Origin: Promethearchaeota archaeon
Lineage (GTDB): Archaea; Asgardarchaeota; Lokiarchaeia; Sigyniarchaeales; SOKP01
DNA: 16,866 bases
Assembly (NCBI GenBank): GCA_016839585.1
Contig: JAEOTZ010000020.1
Span: 1-16,866, forward strand
Direction of reading: 5' to 3'
Under the pieces are notes generated by a model. It saw nothing but the letters and a program-made list of their open reading frames with translations. It was not told the DNA's origin and ran no database searches. The position numbers and the translations under genes are program-made. This document shows, one piece after another, positions 1 to 8,746 of the stretch (position 1 is its first letter; each line of letters starts with the position of its first letter).

Positions 1-3000
1 CTTGGATTCTTTATTATTTATAGACAAGTAGCACTAGTTAAAAAAGGAGAATTTAGAAATAAAGACCGAATCCAATGTATTATTTATGGAATTATTTTTG
101 GTTTATCAATCATGGTAGTTTTTACAGTCGCTGTTATTTTTACTGTAAGAACGCCGGAATTTTGGGACCCAGAAACTACTCCCCCTGATGTACATCCTTT
201 AGTATTATTAGTCCCTTTTATGTTCTGTTTAGGTTATATTTCATTTTATCCATTAATAGACTTTCTATTTATTGCTTTAAGTAAAGAATCAGATGAAGGA
301 TTGACTCCTTTTCATAAATTTTTAAGTACTAAGATTATAAATCTGTCAGGAAATCGACTTGTAAATGTATTAATTGCTTTAGTTTTTTATCTAATTGTAT
401 TCATTATCCCTCCCATTTTACTATCGATAACGGGATTGCCTTTTATCATGATATGGATAACTTGGATGCTTGTTTATCCTCTTATGATATTAACTTTTTA
501 TGGATCCAAGGGTTATATAGCAGGTATTTCAAATGTTTATTATCATATACCAGATCTAAGGAGATCTATTTTTCTTAATTTTGAAGATAGTAAAAGAGGA
601 ATGAAACAATTCATATCGGATCCAGGGTCTTACATAATACTAGGTTTGATGTTGTTTGTTTTTGTCTGGGCTTGGATTTCGTTAGTCCAAACGATCATGT
701 TCTTTTTTACTCGAACAATAGCAATTTCAACTATGACATCAGTCTTCGTTTTTGTAACCCTTCTATTTGGAATATTAGGATATTTTACACGTTTTTGGGG
801 AAGAAAAATAAAATACAGAGGAATTGATATTTATTTTGCAGCTTATCTAATGGCATCGATAGGAATTAATGTAATAGTTAATTTCTTAATCGTTAATCCT
901 GATAAATTACAATATACTTTTAATCTATGGGCTATTACAAACCAAATTTACTCTAATTTCTATATGTTTGCTTGGGCAGCCGTTATTGAAGAAATTGTTT
1001 TAGTTATTTTTACTTCTTATTTTATTATATCAAAAAATAATGAATTTGGTTTAAATATTAGGTACTCAAAAATTACTGAATGTGGCCAAACATTTGATCC
1101 AATTCCTTTATTTAATTTTATTAAACACCGTAATCCTAAAATAAGAAAACACGCGGAAGAAACTTTAATTTTAATGTTTGAAAGAATTCCTCTAAAGAAT
1201 GAAATAAATCTTAATGAATGGAAATTTAAAAACCCAATAATAGACGGTATTTGTGATTATGATCCAAATGTGAGAAAAATAAGCAATAAAATTTTGATTC
1301 AATTAGAAAACGAGGTTCCAGAATTATTATTACCCTGGATAATAGAAGCATTAGAGTCCCCAAATTATGATAAAAGTATCCCTATTACAAAAATTTTATT
1401 AAGAGCAAACATAGATTCTGTAGAAAAGATCCCTAAAAATATAATTTTTAATATTATTGAAGATTCAGAATGGAGAATGAAGATATTGGGACTTAAAATA
1501 TTAAGCAGATTGATAAAGAATAACCGTGACTTAATATTAAATGTAAATGTTAAAAAATTAATTAATAACCCCAACAGTCTTATTCAGGTTGAAATTCTTA
1601 ATCTTTTAGCAGCTTCATCTTATACTCTTCCTATTGATATCATTATTGATAAAATTTTTCATATTAATAATGAAATCAGCTCAGCAGCGGTTAAAAACCT
1701 AAAAAATCTTAATACAAAACAAATAAATAAAAAATTGATTTCTAAAATATTACCTCTTATGAAAGATCCTTCTAGTTCAGTTAGAACATCTATTTATGAG
1801 GTTCTAGCACAAATCGGCAACTTCAAAAAAAATAATATTCCGATTTTTCCCGTCCTTGACAGTTTAACAGATTCAAGTAAAGGAACAAGGCAAGCTGCGA
1901 TAAAAGTCCTCCTAATATATTTCGAAGAAGAACCAGATTTGTTAGATATTGACAATATAATTAATAAAATAGATTCAAATAATTTTGAGATATTACTGAG
2001 TATCACTTCTTTACTAGGAAAACTATGGAAACATAATCCTCAAAAGATATTGGAGACTTTTTTAATATTTATAAAATTTGAAAATAATCCATTAAAGGAA
2101 AATGTTTCGGAGATTTTAATAGAAAATTATAAAAGCACACCAGATTTAATAGTTCAAAATTTAATAAAAATACCAGATGATTCGAAATATATTACAAAGG
2201 GAATTATATCACAAACATTAATAGAGATAGGTAAAAGAGATCCAAAATATATAATTCCATTTTTATTAAATTATTTAACCAATGAAAATGATGATATAAG
2301 ATTAAATGCTCTTAATTCAATAGATGGTTTAATAGAAGAATTCATTGAATACGTTGATTTAAAACCTATCCTAATATTATTACAAAGGGATAAAAACAAA
2401 CAAGCAAAGAAAACAGCATCAAATATCCTTTCAAAAATAGCACAAAAAGATGCCTCTTTAATGAAACCTTTTATGTCCGAATTTTTACAAATAATAATTA
2501 AACAAGAATTATCTACGAAGATTGTTTTTTCTAAATCTTTATTAGAAATTGCAAAAGAATCACCTGATATTATCCCAGTTCAAGAAATTCTAAATTTTCT
2601 AAATGATCAAGATTCATTTATTCGTGAAACAAGTGTAAAAATTCTAGGTTTTATTGGATATAATCTTCCATTATCAACCGTTGATATTTTGATAAATAGA
2701 GCATTAACCGATGATGAATGGATAGTTAGAGAAGCAGCAGTTTCAAGTTTGGGTAAAATTATAAATCATGTCGAAGATAAGGAAAAAATTATTGAAAAAC
2801 TTATTTCTTTATTAAATGACGAGCAAAATTGGGTTCGTAGGTCTGTTTTGAATATGCTCTCTAATATTAGAGAGGTGAACGATTCTCATATTCCATTTGA
2901 TAATCTTATAAATAACTTAAAAAGTACTGATTCTAAAGTTAGAGAAGCGTCAGCGGGATTAATCCATATTTATAGCAATCAAATCGAACAGATTTTTGAT

Positions 3001-3297
3001 GATATTGCAATTCTCTTGGAAGATGAAACAAAAGAAGTAAGAGCAAGATGTATCAACAGTTTTGTAGCGATAATACAAAAAATAGGATTTGAAAAGATAT
3101 TAAATAAATTATTACAAAATCTAAGTGGTGAAGGTTCTTTAGAAATTCAACGTTCAATAGCATTAATTTTGGGTCGAACAGTGAAGTATGAAGATGAAAA
3201 AATAAAGAAAAGAGTAATATCCCTACTGAAAATAAGATGTGAAATGAGTCAAGATCCTATTATTTGTGCAACTCTACAACAACTTAAAGAAAGTTAA
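1..3297 (+). CDS. Polytopic membrane protein with long C-terminal HEAT-repeat alpha-solenoid (5'-truncated by window edge)
   Basis: The frame is open from base 1 (LGFFIIYRQVALVKKGEFRNKDRIQCIIYGIIFGLSI-MVVF...), so ATG 112 is probably internal. At least 8 hydrophobic helices lie before ~nt 1030. They are followed by recurrent HEAT signatures at ~35-40 aa spacing: DYDPNVRKIS, DPSSSVRTSI, DSSKGTRQAA, NENDDIRLNA, DQDSFIRETS, DDEWIVREAA, DEQNWVRRSV, STDSKVREAS, DETKEVRARC. Confidence 0.85.
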   Translation, partial: LGFFIIYRQVALVKKGEFRNKDRIQCIIYGIIFGLSIMVVFTVAVIFTVRTPEFWDPETTPPDVHPLVLLVPFMFCLGYISFYPLIDFLFIALSKESDEGLTPFHKFLSTKIINLSGNRLVNVLIALVFYLIVFIIPPILLSITGLPFIMIWITWMLVYPLMILTFYGSKGYIAGISNVYYHIPDLRRSIFLNFEDSKRGMKQFISDPGSYIILGLMLFVFVWAWISLVQTIMFFFTRTIAISTMTSVFVFVTLLFGILGYFTRFWGRKIKYRGIDIYFAAYLMASIGINVIVNFLIVNPDKLQYTFNLWAITNQIYSNFYMFAWAAVIEEIVLVIFTSYFIISKNNEFGLNIRYSKITECGQTFDPIPLFNFIKHRNPKIRKHAEETLILMFERIPLKNEINLNEWKFKNPIIDGICDYDPNVRKISNKILIQLENEVPELLLPWIIEALESPNYDKSIPITKILLRANIDSVEKIPKNIIFNIIEDSEWRMKILGLKILSRLIKNNRDLILNVNVKKLINNPNSLIQVEILNLLAASSYTLPIDIIIDKIFHINNEISSAAVKNLKNLNTKQINKKLISKILPLMKDPSSSVRTSIYEVLAQIGNFKKNNIPIFPVLDSLTDSSKGTRQAAIKVLLIYFEEEPDLLDIDNIINKIDSNNFEILLSITSLLGKLWKHNPQKILETFLIFIKFENNPLKENVSEILIENYKSTPDLIVQNLIKIPDDSKYITKGIISQTLIEIGKRDPKYIIPFLLNYLTNENDDIRLNALNSIDGLIEEFIEYVDLKPILILLQRDKNKQAKKTASNILSKIAQKDASLMKPFMSEFLQIIIKQELSTKIVFSKSLLEIAKESPDIIPVQEILNFLNDQDSFIRETSVKILGFIGYNLPLSTVDILINRALTDDEWIVREAAVSSLGKIINHVEDKEKIIEKLISLLNDEQNWVRRSVLNMLSNIREVNDSHIPFDNLINNLKSTDSKVREASAGLIHIYSNQIEQIFDDIAILLEDETKEVRARCINSFVAIIQKIGFEKILNKLLQNLSGEGSLEIQRSIALILGRTVKYEDEKIKKRVISLLKIRCEMSQDPIICATLQQLKES

Positions 3298-3456
3298 GCT
3301 ATTAATTAGATCAACGACAATTCAGTAAATCCCGCGTCATATTGTTCTTTTAATAAATATTTATTTACCTAATAATAAAAGTCAAATCGTTAATAGGATA
3401 GATTAAAAATCTATAATTATAATTAGGTATATTGAAAAAATTTGATATGATTTCCT

Positions 3457-5583
3457 ATGACAATACCTTTATCAAACCCTAGCCAACCGATTAATAAAGT
3501 TCAGCGTTTTGAGGATTTTTATCGATCATTTCAAGAAACACCTGGGGTGTATAAGTATAAAGATCAAATTAATGAAATTTACGCTAAAGGTGAGAATACT
3601 TTAGTTGTTTTATTTGAAGATTTATTAGCGAGTGATCCTGATATTGCAGAAATGCTAAAAAAAGATCCTGAAGATTTACTAGAAGACGCTGTGGAGGCAT
3701 TTAAGAATTTATTAAAATTTCAGGGAACACAATTGAATCACCCAGATTATTTTGTGAGAATAACTACAAAGGATAAAATGAGTCCATTACTAATCCCTTT
3801 AAGAGGTTTAAGAGCAAAGCATATTAGTTCACTAGTTTGGTCGAAAGGTATTTTAGTCAGATGTTCTACTATTAGACCAAAATTGGAAAAAGCAACTTTC
3901 ATATGTCATTTATGTGGAGCTCAGATTGATATACCTCAATTAACTTCAAGCATAAGATGGCCTAAATTCTGTACAAATAAACGCTGTAAAGCGAAAGCTC
4001 AAACTGATTTTATACTTATATCAAAACATTCAGAATTTATTGATTGGCAGAATATTATGATTCAGGAAATTCCGGAAGATTTACCTCCTGGAAGAATTCC
4101 TAGATCCGTCCAAGGAATTTTGACATATAATCTAGTTGATACTGTAAAACCAGGAGATAGAGTAAAGTTTACAGGAATTTTTAAATCTGTATTAGCACAA
4201 TCAATTAAAAGTAATAATTCTACGTTGTTCAAGACTTATTTTGACACCAATTTTATAGATCCTGAAGATAAGACAGAAGATGCAATTGATTTAACTAAAG
4301 AAGATAAGAAAAAAATTGAAGATCTATCAAAAGAACCATTTATTCAAAAAAAAATCGCACGATCAATCGCTCCAGATATATACGGGAGAGAAGATCTAAA
4401 ACTGGCATCAGCTTTAAGCTTATTCGCAGGAACAAGGAAGAAAAAACCCGGGGGAGGCTATAAAAGGGGTGATATCCATGTCCTTTTTGTAGGAGATCCT
4501 GGAACTGGGAAATCAGAAATCTTGAAAAGTGCTATAGAAGTATCACCACGAGGATTATACACTTCTGGAAAAGGTTCAACAGCGGTAGGTTTAACCGCTG
4601 CAGTAATTAAAGATACTGATACAGGTCAAATGAACCTTGAAGCAGGAGTTGTTGTTTTAGCAAATGGAGGAGTTGCAGCAATTGATGAATTTGATAAAAT
4701 GGATACTGCTGATAGATCTGCACTTCATGAAGCTATGGAACAACAAACTGTAAGTATAGCTAAAGCGGGAATTGTTGCTACATTGAAAGCACAAACTGCG
4801 ATCATTGCAGCAGCCAATCCTTATTCTGGAAGATATGATAGGTATAAAACACCAACTCAAAATATTCGACTACCACCTTCTCTGTTATCTCGTTTTGACT
4901 TAATTTTTATAGTCGTTGATAAACCTAATCCCGCAGATGATGCTCAAATGGCCGAATTTATTTTAAAAAATTCTATGATAACATCAGAAGCATCACTTGA
5001 AGAAAGTAATAGTTCAGTGGCACCAATCTCAAGAGATCTTTTAAAAAAATATATTAAGCACGCTAGAAGAACATGTAATCCTGTATTATCTGATGAAGCT
5101 AAAGAAAGAATAAAAGAATTCTACCTTGAATTAAGAGGTCAATATGATAGTGAAGACGCCATTATATCAATTTTAGCTAGAAATTTAGATGCTTTAGTCA
5201 GACTTAGTGAAGCTTATGCTAAAATGGCGTTAAGAAATAAAGTTCTTATGGAAGACGTAGAAGATATTATTAAAATATTCAAGAGATATCTTAAAGATAC
5301 AGGCTATGATGAAACAACTGGTAAAATTGATATGGATAGAATTTTTGTTGGACAATCTAGAACTAATCTGAATAAATTAGAAACTATTCTGGACAAATTA
5401 AAAGAAATCTTTGAAGAAAATAGTTGGAGAGCGCTTGAAAAATCCAACATAATCCAGATTTTAGAGTTAGAAGAAAACTTAGATAAAAAATTCATAGAGA
5501 ACGCGTTAGATGAGTTGATTAAAGAAGGAACCCTCTACGAACCAAAAAGTAACCAAATTAAGTTTACAAATAAAATAGATTAA
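3457..5583 (+). CDS. mcm: Minichromosome maintenance replicative DNA helicase MCM
   Basis: C4 zinc finger (CHLC...CTNKRC), QEIPEDLPPGRIPRS, KPGDRV, Walker A GDPGTGKS (nt 4492-4515), GKGSTAVGLTAAV, Walker B IDEFDKM, HEAMEQQTVSIAKAG, arginine finger SRFD and a C-terminal winged-helix-like segment. 708 aa, no intein. Confidence 0.98.
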   Translation: MTIPLSNPSQPINKVQRFEDFYRSFQETPGVYKYKDQINEIYAKGENTLVVLFEDLLASDPDIAEMLKKDPEDLLEDAVEAFKNLLKFQGTQLNHPDYFVRITTKDKMSPLLIPLRGLRAKHISSLVWSKGILVRCSTIRPKLEKATFICHLCGAQIDIPQLTSSIRWPKFCTNKRCKAKAQTDFILISKHSEFIDWQNIMIQEIPEDLPPGRIPRSVQGILTYNLVDTVKPGDRVKFTGIFKSVLAQSIKSNNSTLFKTYFDTNFIDPEDKTEDAIDLTKEDKKKIEDLSKEPFIQKKIARSIAPDIYGREDLKLASALSLFAGTRKKKPGGGYKRGDIHVLFVGDPGTGKSEILKSAIEVSPRGLYTSGKGSTAVGLTAAVIKDTDTGQMNLEAGVVVLANGGVAAIDEFDKMDTADRSALHEAMEQQTVSIAKAGIVATLKAQTAIIAAANPYSGRYDRYKTPTQNIRLPPSLLSRFDLIFIVVDKPNPADDAQMAEFILKNSMITSEASLEESNSSVAPISRDLLKKYIKHARRTCNPVLSDEAKERIKEFYLELRGQYDSEDAIISILARNLDALVRLSEAYAKMALRNKVLMEDVEDIIKIFKRYLKDTGYDETTGKIDMDRIFVGQSRTNLNKLETILDKLKEIFEENSWRALEKSNIIQILELEENLDKKFIENALDELIKEGTLYEPKSNQIKFTNKID

Positions 5584-5613
5584 TAAATTCCTATAAATTT
5601 AGTTTGAAATAAA

Positions 5614-5622
5614 TTTTTTTTT
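5614..5622 (+). terminator. Putative oligo-T terminator for mcm
   Basis: T9 tract ~30 nt after the mcm stop, at the end of the short convergent gap with the GTPase gene. Oligo-T tracts are known archaeal terminators, but the background is AT-rich. Confidence 0.35.
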
Positions 5623-6145
5623 AATAGAACACTTTTAATGCTTCTTTCGAAATATTCTTAAATGCTATTTCAACATTTTCTCCTGTTTTTGCAGATGTAT
5701 GAATAATAGAAATAGCATTTGTTCTCTTTTCTAAAGAGTTAATCTCTGTTTCACTCAATTCAAATCCTAAATCATTCTTATTTGCGAACAAAATAATTGG
5801 AGCATATGTACAGTATTGTTTTACATCAGGGATCCAGAATTTTTCAATTTGATCAAATGTATTCCTGCGTGTTAAATCCCCTACAATAATAATCCCCTTA
5901 GCCCCTGCATAATAAGATGGTCTCATACTTATCCAACGTTCTTGCCCAGCGATATCCCAAAGCTGTATCTTTATATCGATATCATTTTCTAATTTTATAT
6001 ATTTAGTAAAAATATTTGTTCCTATACTTGAACGATAGTCTTTAGAAAATTGCCCTGTAATAAATTTTTTAACTAAACTGGTTTTACCGACAGCAGGTTC
6101 TCCAATTACAATGATTTTAAGCGTGTATTTAATGGTCTTGTTCAT
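5621..6145 (-). CDS. Rab-like small GTPase (Ras superfamily), no C-terminal prenylation motif
   Basis: G1 GEPAVGKTS, G2 region YRSSIG, G3 IQLWDIAGQER, Rab-like YYAGAKG, G4 NKND, G5 SAKTGENV. Ends at EALKVFY with no Cys tail. Confidence 0.95.
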   Translation of the reverse strand: MNKTIKYTLKIIVIGEPAVGKTSLVKKFITGQFSKDYRSSIGTNIFTKYIKLENDIDIKIQLWDIAGQERWISMRPSYYAGAKGIIIVGDLTRRNTFDQIEKFWIPDVKQYCTYAPIILFANKNDLGFELSETEINSLEKRTNAISIIHTSAKTGENVEIAFKNISKEALKVFY

Positions 6146-6245
6146 ATATAATTAATTCTATGAAGTAACTTTTTTAAGTTTATATGTAAATAATAAACTA
6201 ATTAAGTTCAAAATATTAAAAAAAGAAAGATAGAGAGAAATTGTC
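6146..6245. promoter_or_regulatory. Divergent promoter region between GTPase and deacetylase genes
   Basis: 100-bp AT-rich gap between head-to-head start codons, with TATA-like TTTATATG at ~6179-6186. Individual elements cannot be assigned confidently. Confidence 0.4.
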
Positions 6246-7346
6246 ATGACTACAGGCATAGTATACGACGATATTTACTTAGAACATGATATTGGAACTC
6301 AACTACAGCATCAAGAGAGCCATGAACGATTGATAGCGATAATGGATTTTTTAAAACAACAACATTTACTTGAAGATCCAAACTTTAAAATCATTAAACC
6401 AAGAAAAGCAACATTAGACCAAATCAAATATGTCCACCAAGAAAGATTAATCAAAGAGATTCAAGAAATATGTGACTTAAGCGCTAAAACGCGCCGTCTT
6501 CAGGCAATTGATATGGATACAGTAGCTTCCCCTAAAACCTATGAAGCATCATTATTCTCAACTGGTGGAAATTTGCAGGCTATAGATGAGATATTAAATA
6601 ATAACATAAAAAATGCTTTCGCATTGGTAAGACCTCCTGGACACCATTCTAATTCACATCGATTTGCTGGATTTTGCATCTTCAATAATATTGCTGTCGC
6701 TGCAGAATATCTTTTTAGAGAAAAAGGAATAAAAAAAATAGTTATTGTTGATTGGGATTGCCATCATGGTAATGGCACTCAAGATATATTTTATCAGGGT
6801 CCTAAATCAGATTCAGGCGAATTAGTAATATTTAATTCCCACCAAGATGGTAGAACACTCTACCCTGGAAGTGGGTTTATAGACGAAGTAGGTTCAGGGA
6901 AGGGTGAAGGTAGAATCATTAATTATCCAATGCCACCAGGCTCTGCTGATGATGTTATTCCTATCTATTTTAATGAAATAATAGCTCCTATTTGTGATGA
7001 ATTTAAACCAGAATTTATTTTAATTTCTGCAGGTTTTGATACTCATTGGACTGATTACACAAATATGAATTGGACATACCAAGCACCTGCAAACTATCTA
7101 AAAAAAATAAAATCAATGGCACAAAAATATGCTAATGAAAGAATTCTTATAACTTTAGAGGGAGGTTACGAACTAGATAAACAAGCTCGGGGTGTTTATA
7201 ATTGTCTAAAAGTACTTAATAATGAGGATGATAATCTAATACTTGAAGAATCAAGATCTTCTAGAACAGAGTTGCTAGAATATTTCAATTATAAATTAAT
7301 TCCCGCACTGAAAGAAAAACTAAAACCATATTGGGAATGCTTTTAA
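6246..7346 (+). CDS. Zn-dependent histone deacetylase family protein (class II-like / AcuC-AphA superfamily)
   Basis: RPPGHH catalytic His pair, GFCIFNN, Zn ligands in DWDCHHGNGTQ and SAGFDTH, YPGSG, and LEGGY with the catalytic Tyr. Confidence 0.96.
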   Translation: MTTGIVYDDIYLEHDIGTQLQHQESHERLIAIMDFLKQQHLLEDPNFKIIKPRKATLDQIKYVHQERLIKEIQEICDLSAKTRRLQAIDMDTVASPKTYEASLFSTGGNLQAIDEILNNNIKNAFALVRPPGHHSNSHRFAGFCIFNNIAVAAEYLFREKGIKKIVIVDWDCHHGNGTQDIFYQGPKSDSGELVIFNSHQDGRTLYPGSGFIDEVGSGKGEGRIINYPMPPGSADDVIPIYFNEIIAPICDEFKPEFILISAGFDTHWTDYTNMNWTYQAPANYLKKIKSMAQKYANERILITLEGGYELDKQARGVYNCLKVLNNEDDNLILEESRSSRTELLEYFNYKLIPALKEKLKPYWECF

Positions 7347-7452
7347 GAAGTTACTTACAAAACACTTTTATATTTACATTTATGCTATTATTATAATTGC
7401 ACTAATTATTGTATAATTAAATTAAAGATAAAAAAATCATAGAGAGATTATT

Positions 7453-8397
7453 ATGTCAGACGAATATGAGAGAAATGATAAGGATAAGGATAATGAAAAA
7501 AAACCATTTTCAACACCTTCAATGCCACCACCATCAGTAACCCCTTTAACACCTCCTCCTTCAATGCCACCGCCCACGGCTACACCACCTACTACTCCAC
7601 CACCTCTTACAACACCTCCTGCCCCTCCTACCCAACAAATACCTTCTCCACCCACACTTGAATCAACTCCACCACCTATTATGGATAATATACCACCTCC
7701 AATTTTAGATTCCACTCCTTCAATTTCAATAGGTCCTTCACAAGATGAATACGAATCAGTTAGAATACAACTCCAAGAAAAAGATTCTACTATAAATCAA
7801 TTACAAACCCAAATAAATGAATTAAATACCCAAAACTCGCAATTCAATGCTATAGTTCGGGAAAAAGAGAGTCAAGTGAATCGGATAACAAACCAACTAC
7901 AATCTCTTCAGAGTTCAACTGAAGCTTATCAACAACAAGTAAAACAATTGACTGATCAAAATGCTCAACTACAAGCTCATATTCCTGGATTACAACAGCA
8001 AGTTCAAGAGCTTCAACAACATAATTCAATGCTACAACAGCAAATTGGGCCATTACAGGCGCAAATTACTAAATTACAAGAAGAAGTTGCATATAAAGAA
8101 AAACGTATTGAAGAATTAAAAGAACCTAAAGCAGTTATGCCATCTAGTTTAGCTCAAGGAATAACCTCTCAAACCCTGACTCCCAGTTATGGAACAACAC
8201 CTTCTATTTCTCCCTCTACAACACCAACTCCTAGTCCATCTATGCCAGTGGGAACAGGAAGAAGAGTATGTCCTAGCTGTGGTGCTTCAGGTTTTGCTGT
8301 GAAGGAGGTGGAAGATAAAACAAGAATCATAAGTTACATTCCTAAACCAACTTACGCAAAGAAGTATGTCTGTACTAAGTGTGGTTTTGAATTCTAG
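7453..8397 (+). CDS. Hypothetical Pro-rich / Gln-rich coiled-coil / C-terminal C4 zinc-ribbon protein
   Basis: Pro/Thr/Ser-rich aa ~18-95, heptad-patterned Gln-rich helix aa ~98-224, second P/S/T linker, then CPSCG (C273) and CTKCG (C307) at the C-terminus. No TM segment or signal peptide. Confidence 0.85.
   Translation: MSDEYERNDKDKDNEKKPFSTPSMPPPSVTPLTPPPSMPPPTATPPTTPPPLTTPPAPPTQQIPSPPTLESTPPPIMDNIPPPILDSTPSISIGPSQDEYESVRIQLQEKDSTINQLQTQINELNTQNSQFNAIVREKESQVNRITNQLQSLQSSTEAYQQQVKQLTDQNAQLQAHIPGLQQQVQELQQHNSMLQQQIGPLQAQITKLQEEVAYKEKRIEELKEPKAVMPSSLAQGITSQTLTPSYGTTPSISPSTTPTPSPSMPVGTGRRVCPSCGASGFAVKEVEDKTRIISYIPKPTYAKKYVCTKCGFEF
7516..7571 (+). repeat. 14-bp direct repeat CCTTCAATGCCACC (PSMPP) inside the Pro-rich coding region
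   Basis: Exact copies at 7516-7529 and 7558-7571, a 42-nt in-frame period. Confidence 0.7.
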
Positions 8398-8706
8398 GAA
8401 AGAGATTAGACTAATATTTAATGTTTAATCATCTGAATTAGTATATTATTTTACATTTTTTAGGATATTTTTTACAAGGATATTTTTATCAAATCTTTTT
8501 AACAAAGAGAAAAATATCTTAATATAATTTGTTAAAGAGCCAAGTTTAATTTTCTAAATACTATTGTTTAATAAATTCAGCACACTAAATTCAATAAGAT
8601 TATTATAGTTTACAATCTAATTTTAAAAGCTTAGCTCTCATTCATTTATTATAAAAAAGTTCTAGAATTTTTCTACTTTGATTCAAATACAATTTTGTGT
8701 TTTATC

Positions 8707-8746
8707 TAATAATTTAAATTATTATGTGAAAAATTATATATATAAT
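8707..8746 (+). promoter_or_regulatory. Putative BRE/TATA promoter with upstream 18-bp perfect palindrome
   Basis: TAATAATTTAAATTATTA (8707-8724) is its own reverse complement. It is followed by GAAAAA-TTATATAT (BRE/TATA-like, ~8728-8741), about 65 nt before ATG 8805. Confidence 0.45.

Noticed and set aside
970-1010. PrsW/CPBP intramembrane protease motif (AAVIEEIV) in the TM-HEAT protein
   Set aside because: The EE lacks the following K/R and the downstream conserved His motifs, and it sits in the last TM helix.
1365-2006. Two short minus-strand ORFs (69 and 70 aa)
   Set aside because: Antisense shadows of the HEAT gene with no motifs.
4657-5495. Two short minus-strand ORFs (67 and 63 aa)
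   Set aside because: Antisense to conserved mcm coding sequence.
3457-5583. Intein or viral/plasmid-type MCM
   Set aside because: Normal length, contiguous motifs, and no integrase or other mobile genes nearby.
7437-8053. Gly-rich 92-aa and 67-aa minus-strand ORFs
   Set aside because: The Gly runs are the reverse complement of Pro codons. Both are shadows of the 314-aa gene.
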